Source: Octopus bimaculoides
Lineage: Eukaryota
Reading direction: 5' to 3'
Assembly: GCF_001194135.2 (NCBI RefSeq)
Contig: NC_068988.1
Coordinates: 74,067,057-74,115,559, forward strand
DNA: 48,503 bases
Part shown: one piece after another, positions 10,621-23,534 of the stretch
Layout: each line of letters starts with the position of its first letter
Position numbering within the stretch: the stretch's first letter is position 1
Translations under genes and position numbers: made by a program
The notes under the pieces: model-generated
Told to the model about the DNA's origin: nothing
What the model saw: only the letters and a program-made list of their open reading frames with translations
Databases searched by the model: none

Positions 10621-11604
10621 CGGCCACAATTTAAGCAAAAATAAACTAAGAGAAATAGTTCAGGGTGACCAGTAGTATGAATATGGACAATAAGAACAAA
10701 TAAGGGTATATCAAATACAAGATGAATTCTTTATTGAAATTAACTTCTTAAGAGTAAACAAATGTCTCAGGAATTCATGACTAAATAAAAAATTCTTCAA
10801 TAGCATGTCAATTTCCGAAAGAAAGACCAGATGTGAAGTCAAGTCAGAAGGTGAGTGTGAGAGAGAGAATAGGGTTAGAGGAACAGAAAAGGTGGGTGGG
10901 TAGGTAAGTGTATTGGAATGAAAAGAGTGACATGATTAGAGATGGGAGGAAATAGGGCTAAGTCAGGGAAGAGAAGGGGGTAATAAGGGATAGTAGTAGG
11001 AATACAATGTAGGAGGTTAAGAGAGCTTCAATATTACTTTCCCCCAACACAAAACCAAACTACATCTCATTTAGGTTAACTTTCTTCCCAATTATCGAGT
11101 TTTCTGTTACTTCCTGGCTGATCCAACAATTTGATACCTCTGCAATTACTTCTCCCTAAGATATCTCCTTAAAATAAGAGTGGGAGGTTAAAGGAAAACA
11201 AAATGATCCACGTGTTCTTGTATTTCACAGATAGAATGATTCACAATGTACTGTTGTGTTTCATAACTTAGCAATACCATTTGTTGCTACATGAAGAATC
11301 CCAAGAATAAATCGTAATTAAGATGTAAATATGGTGACTACTATTAAACTCGAGATGAAAAGTTTTAACGTTATCAAAAATACTACTACTACTAATAATA
11401 ACACAGCTAAATGCTTGTCATTAAGGAAAGAGGGTAGTGTAACAATTTGATATTACATCATTTAAAACTTAGCTTAATTGTTCTTACTTGACCACTTACA
11501 TGAATAAAATGATCCACAATATATTTTGGGAATATGTATGCATGTTTCTATATAAGTTATGTATACATGTGAGTGTTTATATATATAGATCGGANNNNNN
11601 NNNN

Positions 11605-11646
<42 letters not shown>

Positions 11647-11649
<3 letters not shown>

Positions 11650-11808
11650 AGTGGTTGGCGTTAGGAAGGGCATCCAGCTGTAGAAACTCTGCCAAATCAG
11701 ATTGGGGCCTGGTGTAGCCATCTGGTTTCACCAGTCCTCAGTCAAATCGTCCAACCCATGCTAGCATGGAAAGTGGACGTTAAACGATGATGATGATGAT
11801 GATGATGA
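11647..11808 (+). mobile_element. RTE LINE extreme 3' end with (GAT)n tail
   Basis: gagtggttggcgttaggaagggcatccagctgtagaaac...ggacgttaaacgatgatgat. Confidence 0.88.
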
Positions 11809-12139
11809 TATGTATGTATGTGTTTACATGTTTTATATATATATATAAGATGTATGTAGAACATGTGTACGTACACACACCAGTGCCAATTTTCATTGAT
11901 GCTACTTGCTGTGTACCCTCTTTCTTCCTTTCTCTCTACAGGTGCTTATCTCTGATGTTTAGATATTGAAGGAAAAAGTAATTCATTAAGTGGTAAATGT
12001 ATGTATTAGAGATATGTGTAAAAACTTCCTGCTACCAAACGTTTGCACAAACCTTTTCAGATACTGAAAGCAGCCCCCAACTAACTTCCCACTCTCCTAA
12101 CCAAGGCCACTACCTTAAGCTACAACAGATAAAGAGCAA

Positions 12140-13190
12140 TGAAAAACAAGTCTGGTGAATTTGTTGAAATGCAAGAACAGAGGTATGGAAATGTGTACTG
12201 TGTACAAGAGTAAGATAGAAGGGAACTTCAGCCAGGCTCACTGGCATGGTACAAAAATATAAATTCTTCTCGGTAGCAATGGGGGTGGAGGTAGGCATAC
12301 TTTTGGGAGAGCATTGGGTAAATAAAGTGATTGAAGTAGTCAAAGTGTGTGATAGGATTGTTAAGCTAAGACTGGTCTTAAAAAATTGATTGCAAGATTT
12401 ATTTCTGCAAATGTTGGGCAGCACTCTGATGGAGGTTATGGCTTTGGCTCTAGAAATGAAGGGGGAACAAGGCTGCTGGATTTCTGTGATACAAATGACC
12501 AGATGATCTGCAACACTAACTTCAAGACATCTACCAACCACTTGATCTTACAATCTGCTGAGTGCACAAGCATGATTGACTACATTCACCTTATAAAGAA
12601 GTATAGGCAGATGATTGTGAACGTGAAGTCCTTCCCTGGTGAAGAATGTACAACTCAACATAAGTGAGTGACTAGTGACTTCAGACTTAAAGCTAGGAGT
12701 CCGGGACACGAATCAATCTGAACAATAGGGATATGGAAGCTTAAGTAGTCAATGATTTATGATTTAGAAATGTTCTATCTGAAGCATTTGTCAAGAGAGA
12801 GAAAGAGATAGAGACATATAGCTCAAAGGAATTTCTTTCAGGACAACCTACTGAAGGATACAAACCAAATTTGTGACTTGTGCAAAGTTCCAACCAGACT
12901 AGGGGTGACTTGGCAGTGGAACAATAATGTAGACAGAATCATAAAAGCAAAGTGACAGGACTGGAAGAATAGGGACAGCAAAGAATTATATAAGGTAGCT
13001 GGAAGGGAAGCTGGGTGACAGCTTTACTTATCAGTGGGGAAAAGCAGAAAGTAAAAAGATTGCCAATGTTCCACAGTGTGAGAACCAGAGGCATGAAGTG
13101 TTCCAAATTTCAGAGAAAACTAAGATATTGTGAGAGAGAAGTGTGTTCAAATAGATAATGGAACACTTGCACTTAGTGATTCTAGTTTAA
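12140..13190 (+). mobile_element. Heavily degenerate RTE LINE fragment (APE endonuclease and linker)
   Basis: KSGEFVEM..CVQE, VGILL.EHWVNKVIEVVKVCDRIVKLRLV, GYGFGSRNEGGTRLLDFC; parallels 33580-34150. Confidence 0.8.
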
Positions 13191-13249
13191 CCAGTTCTTC
13201 AGCCTGAGTGTAGCAACAAATGTTGCATGCATCTTAACATAAAGCAGCA

Positions 13250-14800
13250 GGCACTTCCCAGCAGAATAAATTATTCAACAGAGACAATACAGCAGTCAGC
13301 TGTAGCTGCACAAAAACATTAAAATGCATCATACAATAACTAAACAATAATACATCTAGAAACACACAACTGAAAACATATGTAACTACACAAGAACTAG
13401 GACTGTTTGCAAGCAAATATAGTCTATAACAATTTCACAGGAGAGACAAACAGAAAGAACTACATTGGAACCTTCAAAGGTAGATGCTCATAACATACAC
13501 ATACATTCTGGACCATATACAAAAGGAAAGTAACATCTCAATTCAAACACCTGTGGAAAACAATATCATTTCAAACATAAAATTGAAATTGTAGATCATG
13601 CACCATTATATATAAATGGCTCTGGTATCTACCCCCTCTACACCACAGAAAAATACCACATAATCACATAAAATATACACATTCTAAACAAGAAAAATGA
13701 GATCGCATCATGATGCATATACCAAAATAAATGCATTTTGAAAAAAACGTCCAAACACCAAATGGGATAAAAGACTCCAAAAACTCACATATGTGCACAC
13801 TCATATCTTAAGAAAAACCTTGCACACACCTAGCACATTAGATATGCACACTCATTTCCCTGCTACCTCAACATAACTCCCCCTAAACCCCTATACATAT
13901 AATATGCATATGAGGATGCATCAATGCACACATATTTCCAAAGAACAGGAAAACAACAATATACCCCAAATATCTTAGCCATTACACTCTCTCACACATA
14001 TACAAATATTTCCTCAAAACAAGAGAACAAAATTCCACTACATCTACACCATATACACACACACATACCACCAGCATAAATAATAGATATTTATTCATTA
14101 CAACAGAAACACAACACACCAAGACCATTTGGCCATAAAATCATATTTCATTAAAAACATTTATCTCAATAGCTATGTTCTTACTTATAAAGAAACTCAC
14201 AAACCCACATATATTTTTTAGACAACTGGCAAAATAATAAACTCCTACCCCAAGTATATGCAAAAGCATACCAAAGCTAGATGACCACATACTGCCAAGC
14301 ACACATACATACAAATATTTCTTTAAATTCATGTCAAACACAATAAAGAAAGACAAAATTCCATAAAAAACGTTTTTATTACAAAACACTAACCCCACAA
14401 ATCACTCTACCATGAAAAGTACCATCTATTGGGGATGTAGCTACTCACAATAGATATTTCTTTAATTTGTTTCATGACTAAACTCTATTTACAAACAACC
14501 GTTCTTAGAAACAACATTTACAACCTTTCACACACTCACACACACATGTATGCATTCCCCATTATCAACTCACCAACAAATCCTAGACAAAACATCCTCC
14601 CAACTGCAGCTAAAAGAAATACATACACCACACTTTACAGGAAAATAACCAATGGAGAGAGGAAGAAAACATGAAATGTAAACTAAGCTGTAGGCCACAC
14701 ATGCACTAAAGGATATAAATACACCACCAATACTGAGTGATAACAGTTCTCACTTGAAGATCACAGTGGTCTGAAATTTAAGTTGTGAGACAAAGTTTCA
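13250..14800 (+). mobile_element. Degenerate Penelope-like element 3' part (GIY-YIG endonuclease remnant, A/C-rich tail, HHR-like motif)
   Basis: Hand translation of 13260-13740 gives KLFNRDN..SCSC, CLQANIVY..KNYIG.FKGR, KHLW, YINGSG..EKYHII..LNKKNEI; same motif order as the 19924-20826 element. Confidence 0.7.
14748..14790 (+). ncRNA. Degenerate minimal type I hammerhead-like motif
   Basis: Stem I tctcac/gtgaga; core TTGAAGA (C3U) and GAAA; near-palindrome ATTTAAGT; GUU triplet; stem II register imperfect. Confidence 0.45.
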
Positions 14801-15589
14801 GATTCAATAAAAATATGTGTGTATATCTATCTATCTATATACGCATGCACACACACACACACACACATGAATATATGCATGTATGTGTATACATATATTA
14901 ATGTGAATTTAGAGAGATTTCTTATCCAGGTGGATATCATGGTAGCTCTCAGTTATGTTCCAGGTAATGGCTCACTACATCGGTTAATATTTGACATCAA
15001 TGACTACAAGGTGTTGTTACACTGTAAATTTATCTGATGGGTAATTCTGTGGTTTGCTTCAGTGTATATTTGCAATAATGATGATAGAGAATTTGGAGGT
15101 TGGTACATCCTGAAAATTTATTTTACGGTATGTCATACAGCGTATTTTTATGGTTACAATAACATATATGTGTTTTTGCTGCACAGAGTATGAGCATATT
15201 CAACTGAGCATAATTTTCTGTGCAGCTTCATTCAGGGTCTTTCAACCAGCATGACTCAAAGCAAACTGGATTCAGTTATTTCTTTATTAGTTAGAATTCA
15301 GAAGGAAGCAAGGGGAGGTTAGTTTGGATCTGAAATCTGATGTAATTGTGAGATTCTATGGTTGACCTTGGCTTCATGCATATTTATATTTTATTATTAA
15401 TAAAATACAACCTTATAAATTCTCATATCGCTTTCATACTTCAGAAGTCATCAGAAATTATTAGCTTGATCAGGCTGCTCGTCTTTTCTAGGACTAAAAG
15501 CATGTGGTTTGAAAGCAAATTTGTTAACCATACAGCCATACATCAGCTAATTGATATTGCTGCCACCAGTAAAGTACACTTTGCAAAGG

Positions 15590-16570
15590 AAGGCAGCCTT
15601 CAACAACATGCTGTAGGCTTCACTCTCTACTGGTTCAGTAAGCCACTGGCCAAAAGATGTCTGGCATTGGTTTCATGGTCAGAAAATCCATTGCCTCCAA
15701 GCAAGAAAACCTAACAAGTCACTCAGACTGCATTATCTTTATGTGCTTTCCCACCTGAAACAAGCAACATGCCCCTCTCTTCAGTGTATATGCTCTCAAC
15801 TCTCCAGGCTGACTCTGTGGAAAAGGATAAGTTCTACACTGACCTATGGAGTTTCCCCCAGTGACCCTAGCAGACAACAAATTCATCATCCTAGGTGACT
15901 TCAGTTCCGGAATAGGCTGAATATCAGAACCTGGAAAGTTCTTGGCTAGCATGGTGTTGGTTATTACAATAACAACAGGTGGCTTTTGTCAGAGTTTTGC
16001 ATGGAGCACTCTCTTCCAGTAGAAAGTATCTGAAGACCACTTGTATGCATCCTCAGTCTTAGCATTGGCACCTCATAGATTACATTCTGATACATAAGAG
16101 ATATTAGAGTGACATCCTTCACACTAGAGTGCAGCATGTTACTCAGAACATTATCCTGTCTGCTGCAAACTCAACTTCCACTTCAAATACCAGACCAAGA
16201 GAGGTGGAGCTGAAAGGAGAAGATTCCAGGTCAGCGTCCTGCAGTCAGTTGAAGTGACAGCTAACTTCCAGGCAAAACTCCAATTAAATCTCAATGATCC
16301 CAGTTGCCTCCCAGTCTCCTCTTCTGAAGTGCTTTGAGAACACCTGAAAACAACCCATCTGCAAACCTCTGAAGTATTGTGTGTCTCCACAAAAAAAGAA
16401 GGACTGGTTTGATGAATTAATCAAGAGATTCAGAAACTACAAGCAAAGAAGAAATCTGCCCACTAAGCTTAGCTTACAAACCTATATTGCCCTGGGATGA
16501 AAGCAGCCTTCCACCTTGTCTGCAGCAATCTCTAGCATACACTTCGAGAGATCCAAAATGAGTGGTGGAA
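15590..16570 (+). mobile_element. Old RTE-clade LINE fragment (endonuclease region), different subfamily
   Basis: Remnants such as TLYWFSKP..GIGFMVRKSI, EKDKFY, HGVG..N, DWFDE across frameshifts. Confidence 0.6.
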
Positions 16571-16819
16571 ATATCTTATTTGAGGGTAGGTTCAAAATCC
16601 TTTTACCGACACTCTTCATGAGGTTTTTAAACGCTGTACGTACACAGGCATAGCCAACCCACTGTTTATATATATGTGTGTGTATGTATAAATATCTTTA
16701 CTTTTCTTCATTTTTACATCTATGGGTTATACGAATATATTGGTTTTAAATTTTGGCACAAGATCAGCAATTTCAGGGGAGAAGTTAAATCAATTACATT
16801 GACCCCCGCACCCCAGTGC

Positions 16820-18556
16820 TTATCATCACCATTATCATCATTTAACATCTGTTGTCCATGCTGGCATGGGTTGGATGGTTTGACCAGGGCTGGCAAGCTG
16901 GAAGGCTGCACCAGTCTCCAGTCTGATTCGGCATGGTTTCCACAGTTGGATGCCCTTCTTAATTCCAACCACTTCATGAGAGTAATCAGTGCTTTTATGT
17001 GCCACCAGCATGGATGCCATTTGTGTGACACCAATATCTATCATAACTGTGATTTTACTTGGCTTGATGGTCTTCTCAAGCATGACATAATGCCAAGGTC
17101 TCGGTCATCAGTCATTGCCTCTGTGAGGCCCAACAGTCAAAAGGAACTTTTCATGTCCCACTGGCATTGGCTACATTCCCTCTGTGAAACCCAATGCTCG
17201 AAAGGTGCTTTTTACGTGCCAGTTACATGACACCAGTATCAGCCACGACTATGATTTCACTTGGCTCGACAGGTCTTAACCATAGCATATCGTCAAAAGT
17301 CTTGGTCACGAGTCATTGACTCTGTGAGGCCTAAAGTTCACCACCTTGTCCCAAGTCTTCCTGGGTTACCTCTACCACAGGTTCCCTCCACAGTTAGAGA
17401 TCAGCACTTCTTTACACAGCTGTTCTTGTCCATGCACATCACATGACCATACCAATGCAGTCTCTCTTGCACACCACATTTGATGCCTCTCATACGCAAC
17501 TTTTCTCTCAAGATGCTTACACTCTGTCATACATGTCCACTGATATTGCACATCCAGAGAAGCACTACTGCCTTCATTTCCTCCAAGCCTACACATGTCC
17601 TCAGCTGTCACAGCCCATGTTTCACTGCTGTGTAACATAGTTGTTTGCACACAGGCATCATATAATCTGCCTTTCACTTTCAGGGAGAGGCCCTTTGTTG
17701 ACAGCTGAGGTAGGATCTCTCTGAACTTTGCCTATTCTTATATTTGGTGCATCTACCTCTGCTACTAACTTGGTTACCTAGTGTTGTATTCCTCTCGGGA
17801 GACTCGCAGAGATAACACAACGAGTTGTACAATTTAATCATTACATTTATTATTCAATTACATACAAAGAACACACTCACCGAAAGTTCGATGTTAATAA
17901 ACAAGAGTCATGTCCGCCATATATATATCAATGACCTTTTACTACCCCAGTCATTCAGAACAACAACGAAAACAAGGAACTCAGACGAACCACACTGAAA
18001 TATGAGACGTCAGATGAATAACGAATCTAACAGTGCCTATAACACCTAGATAATAGAACCTATCTACTACCTCTAACTTACCCTACTGGCAGTTGATGGG
18101 ATCTATTTTCTGTACATTTTCAGTGTTTATTGTAGCTGTGCATCTTCCACACACAAAAGCTATTTTCCCTGTTAACCTTCCCCTGATATTGCTGCACCTC
18201 TTATGTGTCCATAGCTTACACTGGCTACATTTTATGGAGTTTCTATCTATGCCTTTTATACAGATTGAGCAAGGCCATCTACCAGAAGAGATTTGTGATT
18301 TGCTTGCCTTCCTACCTACTAAGACTGGTTTTTGCTAGGTTGACTCTAAGGCCTTTTGATTCTAGACCTTGCTGCCATACCTGAAACTTCTTCTCTAGTT
18401 CTGGTAGTGATTCAGCTATTGCCTGGAGGACTATGATGAACAAGAGGGGGCTGAGGACCGATCCTTGGTGAACCCCTATATGTACTCTGAATTTTTTGCT
18501 GTACTTGTTGCCAATCTTCACCATACTTATATCTGTGCATACCCACACACATTTTA

Positions 18557-18595
<39 letters not shown>

Positions 18596-18985
18596 CAACC
18601 ACTCATTCCTAGTTTCCGCTTTGACCACCAGATAAGGGATTGGGGGCTCTGTCAAAGGCTTTCTCCAAGTCAACAAAAGCCAAGTACAGAGGTTCATTTT
18701 TGGCTATATATTTCTCCTGCAGCTGCCTTACCAGAAATATAGCATCAGTGGTGCTTCTCCCTGGCACAAAGCCAAACTGTATCTCGTCTAAACTAACTAT
18801 CTCCCTTATTAGTTGGGTTATGACCCTTTCCGTAACTTTCATCACCTGATTCAACAATTTGATACCTCTGTAATTATTTCTATCTAAGGCATCACCTTTA
18901 CTTTTGTAACAATTGACTATGGTGTTGCTACACCAGTCATTGGGTATGACTCTTTTGTGAACCACCTGATTTACAGGTGACTAGA
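16820..18985 (-). mobile_element. 5'-truncated RTE LINE (RT to 3' UTR), interrupted by a solo LTR and a (CA)n tract
   Basis: NYRGIKLL..QFGFVPGRSTTDAIF..FVDLEKAFDR, GVHQGSVLSPLLFIIVL, LEVVD..YLG, KGRLYDACV..SETW, then 3' UTR and cat/atc tail near 16820. Confidence 0.9.
17782..18044 (-). mobile_element. Solo LTR (263 bp) inserted in the RTE
   Basis: Termini TGTT...AACA; 5-bp TSD CCTAG at 17777-17781 and 18045-18049; TATA-like tract followed by AATAAA on the minus strand; RTE reading YLG is restored on removal. Confidence 0.9.
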
Positions 18986-19519
18986 CCGAAACCCACACCA
19001 CCAGATATTTCAAGCATCTGAGCAGTGGACCATTGCACACCTAGAGTTAAACAACAACAATTTCATAGCTGCTTGTTTAGTGTCAGAAAAATAGGTGTAG
19101 GAGTTAACAGTGTGTGTGTATTTGTTTGTGTGTGATACACATGCACAATCTGTACATGTATGTGTGATTATATATAGCAACAGTTGGAAGTCTGTTTACA
19201 CTAATTCTTGGATCGTCAACTATGCCTACATTTAGAGAGTGACTACTGCTGCTACATAACACTGGGGGATTTGATTGGGTTAGTGAACCTCTATAACTGG
19301 ACATTTCTCTGTTTTACTTCTGAAGATGTGCCTTTGTGCCTGATATGTAAAGGTTTTGTGAAACTTACCACATTGTCAGAAGCTTTCTATTTTCTCTCTT
19401 TTTTCTCTCCTTATATATATATATATAGCATGACCGCAGCCACTTGGCTGAAACACATAAATAAAAAAAATATATATATATATATGCAATATAATATGTG
19501 ACAATTATTCGGTAGCCAT

Positions 19520-19579
19520 AATAAAACTCCAAGTTTGGATGTCGGGGAGAAAACCTGCACTGGCATCTCTTCAGTTATC
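19520..19579 (-). ncRNA. Minimal type I hammerhead motif, core mutated (CAAA instead of GAAA)
   Basis: ataa-CTGAAGA-gatg..catc-CAAAC-ttgga-GTT-ttat. Confidence 0.6.
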
Positions 19580-19923
19580 GAGGCAATTAAAATATGCTAT
19601 GAAAATGACCGTTAAACAAAGGAAAATTACAATGTAAATGACCATTATTAAGACAAAAGAGCTATTAGAATGACCATTAAAGAAGAGGAGGAAGTAAAAA
19701 GTAAAGGAATAAGAAAACTCATAGTAATCACAGGGTGGAAGGTAAAATGCAGGAAAAAAAGTGTAAAAATATATAAAGCAATAAAAATATATCTCTATAA
19801 GTATGTAAAAAAATATAAGAAATATATATAAAAAGTATAGAGAGATAAAAAGCTTGTACATCGACACAATATAAAAAGCAAGTTCATCTGTGATCTTGTG
19901 GGGACCAAAAATGTAATAAATAT

Positions 19924-20295
19924 TTAGCCACGTGGACATGATCCAAAAAGTTCAATTCTTGAATTTAGACATGTAGCGGAGTCTAAGCTGCTTTTCCAGA
20001 TGAGCCATCTTTCCATATCACAAAGATTGCACTTACCACTGCCGTTGGTGTAAGGCTTACGCTTGGCTAAAATCTTCCAAGGGATGTTGTAACTGACACC
20101 TTTATCTTTTAAGGACCATATGTGACTGGATAATTTGGTTGTTTTCCTTTTATCCCAGTGTCTGAAGCTCAAGGTGTGATTATTGAACCTGGCCTTGGAA
20201 TTTTCCTCTGTAAGGCCCACATATTTCTTTGTCGAAACAGTGCCCTTAGTGGTTGTAGAGTCTATGGTGGCTTCATAAATGATTGTCTCGAGCAC
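19924..20295 (-). pseudogene. GIY-YIG endonuclease domain of the Penelope-like element
   Basis: IIYEATI..KKYVGLTE..KARFNNH..LSSHIWSLK..CNLC..E..LNSRIE; upstream frame broken by frameshifts. Confidence 0.88.
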
Positions 20296-21552
20296 AAATT
20301 TTTATCTCTGCATGAACAGCTGGTTTCATTTTGTAGTTTTTGCATTTTGTGTGCGATTATATTTTTAAAATTAGTTGAGCTGAAACTGATTTTTAAGTTA
20401 TGTCTATTGAAGAGCTTTCTGTAACTATGGTTGACTGGAAAATGTCTATCTATCAGTGCTAAGAAGTACTTGCCTATATTAAAGGTCCCTTCGGGGGAGT
20501 AGTGGGGTGTGAACCAGATGGTTTTCCTATTCCTATGTTTCCTTTTCTTTATTATGAACTGGTGACAGGTTATTTCCTTGCTAAAACCACTATCTTTTAC
20601 AGCCTTATTATATACTGCAGCAACACTATTAAAAATGTCCCTATCGGAGGAGAGGCTAGAAATTCTTTTACTAAATTTTTAAACACTAGTGGGGAATGGC
20701 AGGAACCCACATTAATATAACTAAGTCTATTGTTGGGTTTCCTATAAGGCTTATAAATATTCTTATTTAGATCCAAAGATACATCTAGGAAATTGACAAC
20801 CGTCAGGTTGGTATCTGTAATGCTAAGAGCAAAAGTTTATATTGTGTCCAAGTACAAGCTTTTTATCTCTCTATACTTTTTATATATATCTCTTATATAT
20901 TTTTTACATATTTTTTTTACATATTTATAGATATATTTTTGTCGCTTTATATATTTTTACACTATTTTTCCTGTATTTTACCTTCCACCCTGCATTTTTC
21001 TTGTGCATGTGCGTATATAGATGTGTATATGAAATTTTTGTGCATGTGCGTATGTACGGGTATGTATATATATATGTGCATGTATATGTGCATGTATATG
21101 GACATGTGTATGGTTGCATATATATGTGGGAGTCTATGCAAGTGTAAGTGAGCATATGCATATATAGCATGTGTTTTTTAGATGTGCATTTGAATATAAC
21201 TGTGCACGTATGGGTATGTGCACATGTGTGTGTGTGTGTGCATGCATGTGGATTTGTATACATGTACATGCATGGTTGCATATATATGTGCATCTATTTG
21301 ATGTATGTGTGGGTGCACATGTGTGTGTTTCATGTAAGTCTGAGTGAGCATATGCATATAGACACATATATGTGGGTGTGCATGCACGCATGTGTATGTA
21401 TTTACATGCGCACACACGCGATTGCTATGAGCTTTCTTACTCCTTTACTTTTTACTTCCTCTCCTTCGGTTTTTTCCCTTATTTAACAGTCATTTACATA
21501 GTAAATTTCCCTTTGTTTAATGGTCATTTTCATAGCATATTTTAATTGTCTT

Positions 21553-21613
21553 GATAACTGAAGAGATGCCGGTGCAGGTTTCCTCCTCGACATCCGAAGC
21601 TTGGAGTTTTATT
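21553..21613 (+). ncRNA. Minimal type I hammerhead motif, core mutated (C-GAAG)
   Basis: gataa-CTGAAGA-gatg..catc-c-GAAGC-ttgga-GTT-ttatt; inverted copy of 19520-19579. Confidence 0.6.
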
Positions 21614-21889
21614 ATGGCAAACGAATAATTGTCACATATTATATTACAAATAAATTCCTCTATTTACATAATATCAAGGACTTTTTCATTCTTTTGTTGT
21701 CTTACCATTACCATTACTATATATAATATATATATATATATATANNNNNNNNNNNNNNNNNNNNNNNNNNNNNNNNNNNNNNNNNNNNNNNNNNNNNNNN
21801 NNNNNNNNNNNNNNNNNNNNNNNNNNNNNNNNNNNNNNNNNNNNNNNNNNNNNNNNNNNNNNNNNNNATATATGTATATATATATATAT

Positions 21890-22650
21890 AAAAATATATA
21901 TAAAGGAGGCCACTAGGTAGACTCCTAATGTGCTAGAAGAAGATCACATGCTATGTGTCTACTAAGACTGAATAATTCTATGAGATCTCAGATATTTTTT
22001 TCTGAATCTCCCTGATTCTTTTAATGTGCTTGTTCCCTGGTATTAAATTGATATTAATTAATATCCAATTTTTTACCCTATTGTTTAATTTAATTAACCA
22101 TAACCAAATTCTCAAAGTTGATATATTCGATGCGGAATATTTTTCTGCGGAGATATTTCCGGATTTAGCGTGCAAAAACGAAGACTTTTGAATCTTACCA
22201 TAAATATAATTTAATAGAACCGTACACACGTGCTCCACTCGTGGCATACAACTAGTGTGCGATCCTGTAAATTGTATTTATCCAACGGTCTGTACTGATG
22301 AGAAACAGATATTTTCGGTAAGAAAGTATTAATTTCGAAACATGTTTACAGATAATTGTACTTTTTTATGTAATTTTCACTGGTCTTGCCCATTTACGTT
22401 TTTGTTACTTCGCTATATCCCCTTCGAGAATTATTCGGTCTTAGTAGACACATGACATGTGATCTTCTTCTAGCACGTTAGCAGTCCACCTAGTGGTCTC
22501 TTTTATATATATTTTTATATATACATATACAATAATCCAATGAGATCTCAGATATTTTTTCTGAATCTCCCTGATTCTTTTAATGTACTTGTTCCCTGGT
22601 ATTAAATTGATATTAATTAATATCCAATTTTTTACCCTATTGTTTTAACT
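21890..22650 (+). mobile_element. Rearranged PLE-type terminal segment: inverted ~90-bp tail copy, sense unit with HHR, and a ~105-bp direct re-start
   Basis: 21890-21980 is the reverse complement of about 22428-22520; 21980-22086 is directly repeated at 22540-22646; HHR at 22289-22352. Confidence 0.6.
22289..22352 (+). ncRNA. Minimal type I hammerhead ribozyme, intact core
   Basis: Stem I tctgta/tacaga; CTGATGA; stem II gaaa/tttc plus atattttc/gaaagtat; GAAA; palindrome ACATGT; GUU cleavage triplet. Confidence 0.85.
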
Positions 22651-22679
22651 TATGTGTATATATATATGTGTGTGTGTGT

Positions 22680-22720
<41 letters not shown>

Positions 22721-23481
22721 NNNNNNNNNNNNNNNNNNNNNNNNNNNNNNNNNNNNNNNNNNNNNNNNNNNNNNNNNNNNNNNNNNNNNNNNNNNNNNNN
22801 NNNNNNNNNNNNNNNNNNNNNNNNNNNNNNNNNNNNNNNNNNNNNNNNNNNNNNNNNNNNNNNNNNNNNNNNNNNNNNNNNNNNNNNNNNNNNNNNNNNN
22901 NNNNNNNNNNNNNNNNNNNNNNNNNNNNNNNNNNNNNNNNNNNNNNNNNNNNNNNNNNNNNNNNNNNNNNNNNNNNNNNNNNNNNNNNNNNNNNNNNNNN
23001 NNNNNNNNNNNNNNNNNNNNNNNNNNNNNNNNNNNNNNNNNNNNNNNNNNNNNNNNNNNNNNNNNNNNNNNNNNNNNNNNNNNNNNNNNNNNNNNNNNNN
23101 NNNNNNNNNNNNNNNNNNNNNNNNNNNNNNNNNNNNNNNNNNNNNNNNNNNNNNNNNNNNNNNNNNNNNNNNNNNNNNNNNNNNNNNNNNNNNNNNNNNN
23201 NNNNNNNNNNNNNNNNNNNNNNNNNNNNNNNNNNNNNNNNNNNNNNNNNNNNNNNNNNNNNNNNNNNNNNNNNNNNNNNNNNNNNNNNNNNNNNNNNNNN
23301 NNNNNNNNNNNNNNNNNNNNNNNNNNNNNNNNNNNNNNNNNNNNNNNNNNNNNNNNNNNNNNNNNNNNNNNNNNNNNNNNNNNNNNNNNNNNNNNNNNNN
23401 NNNNNNNNNNNNNNNNNNNNNNNNNNNNNNNNNNNNNNNNNNNNNNNNNNNNNNNNNNNNNNNNNNNNNNNNNNNNNNNNN

Positions 23482-23534
<53 letters not shown>

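Larger units (their letters stand above)
19485..21648 (-). mobile_element. 5'-truncated Penelope-like element with an inverted duplicate of its 3' end (pseudo-LTR)
   Basis: Minus-strand remnants VNFLDVSLDL..YKPYRKPN, ISSLSSD, IWFTP.YS, LIDRHFP..KLFNR, then the GIY-YIG ORF; 19485-19875 is the reverse complement of 20835-21000 plus 21420-21648. Confidence 0.9.

Noticed and set aside
19430-19460. agcc-actt-ggct-GAAAC hairpin resembling a hammerhead 3' half
   Set aside because: No CUGANGA upstream and no stem I or III
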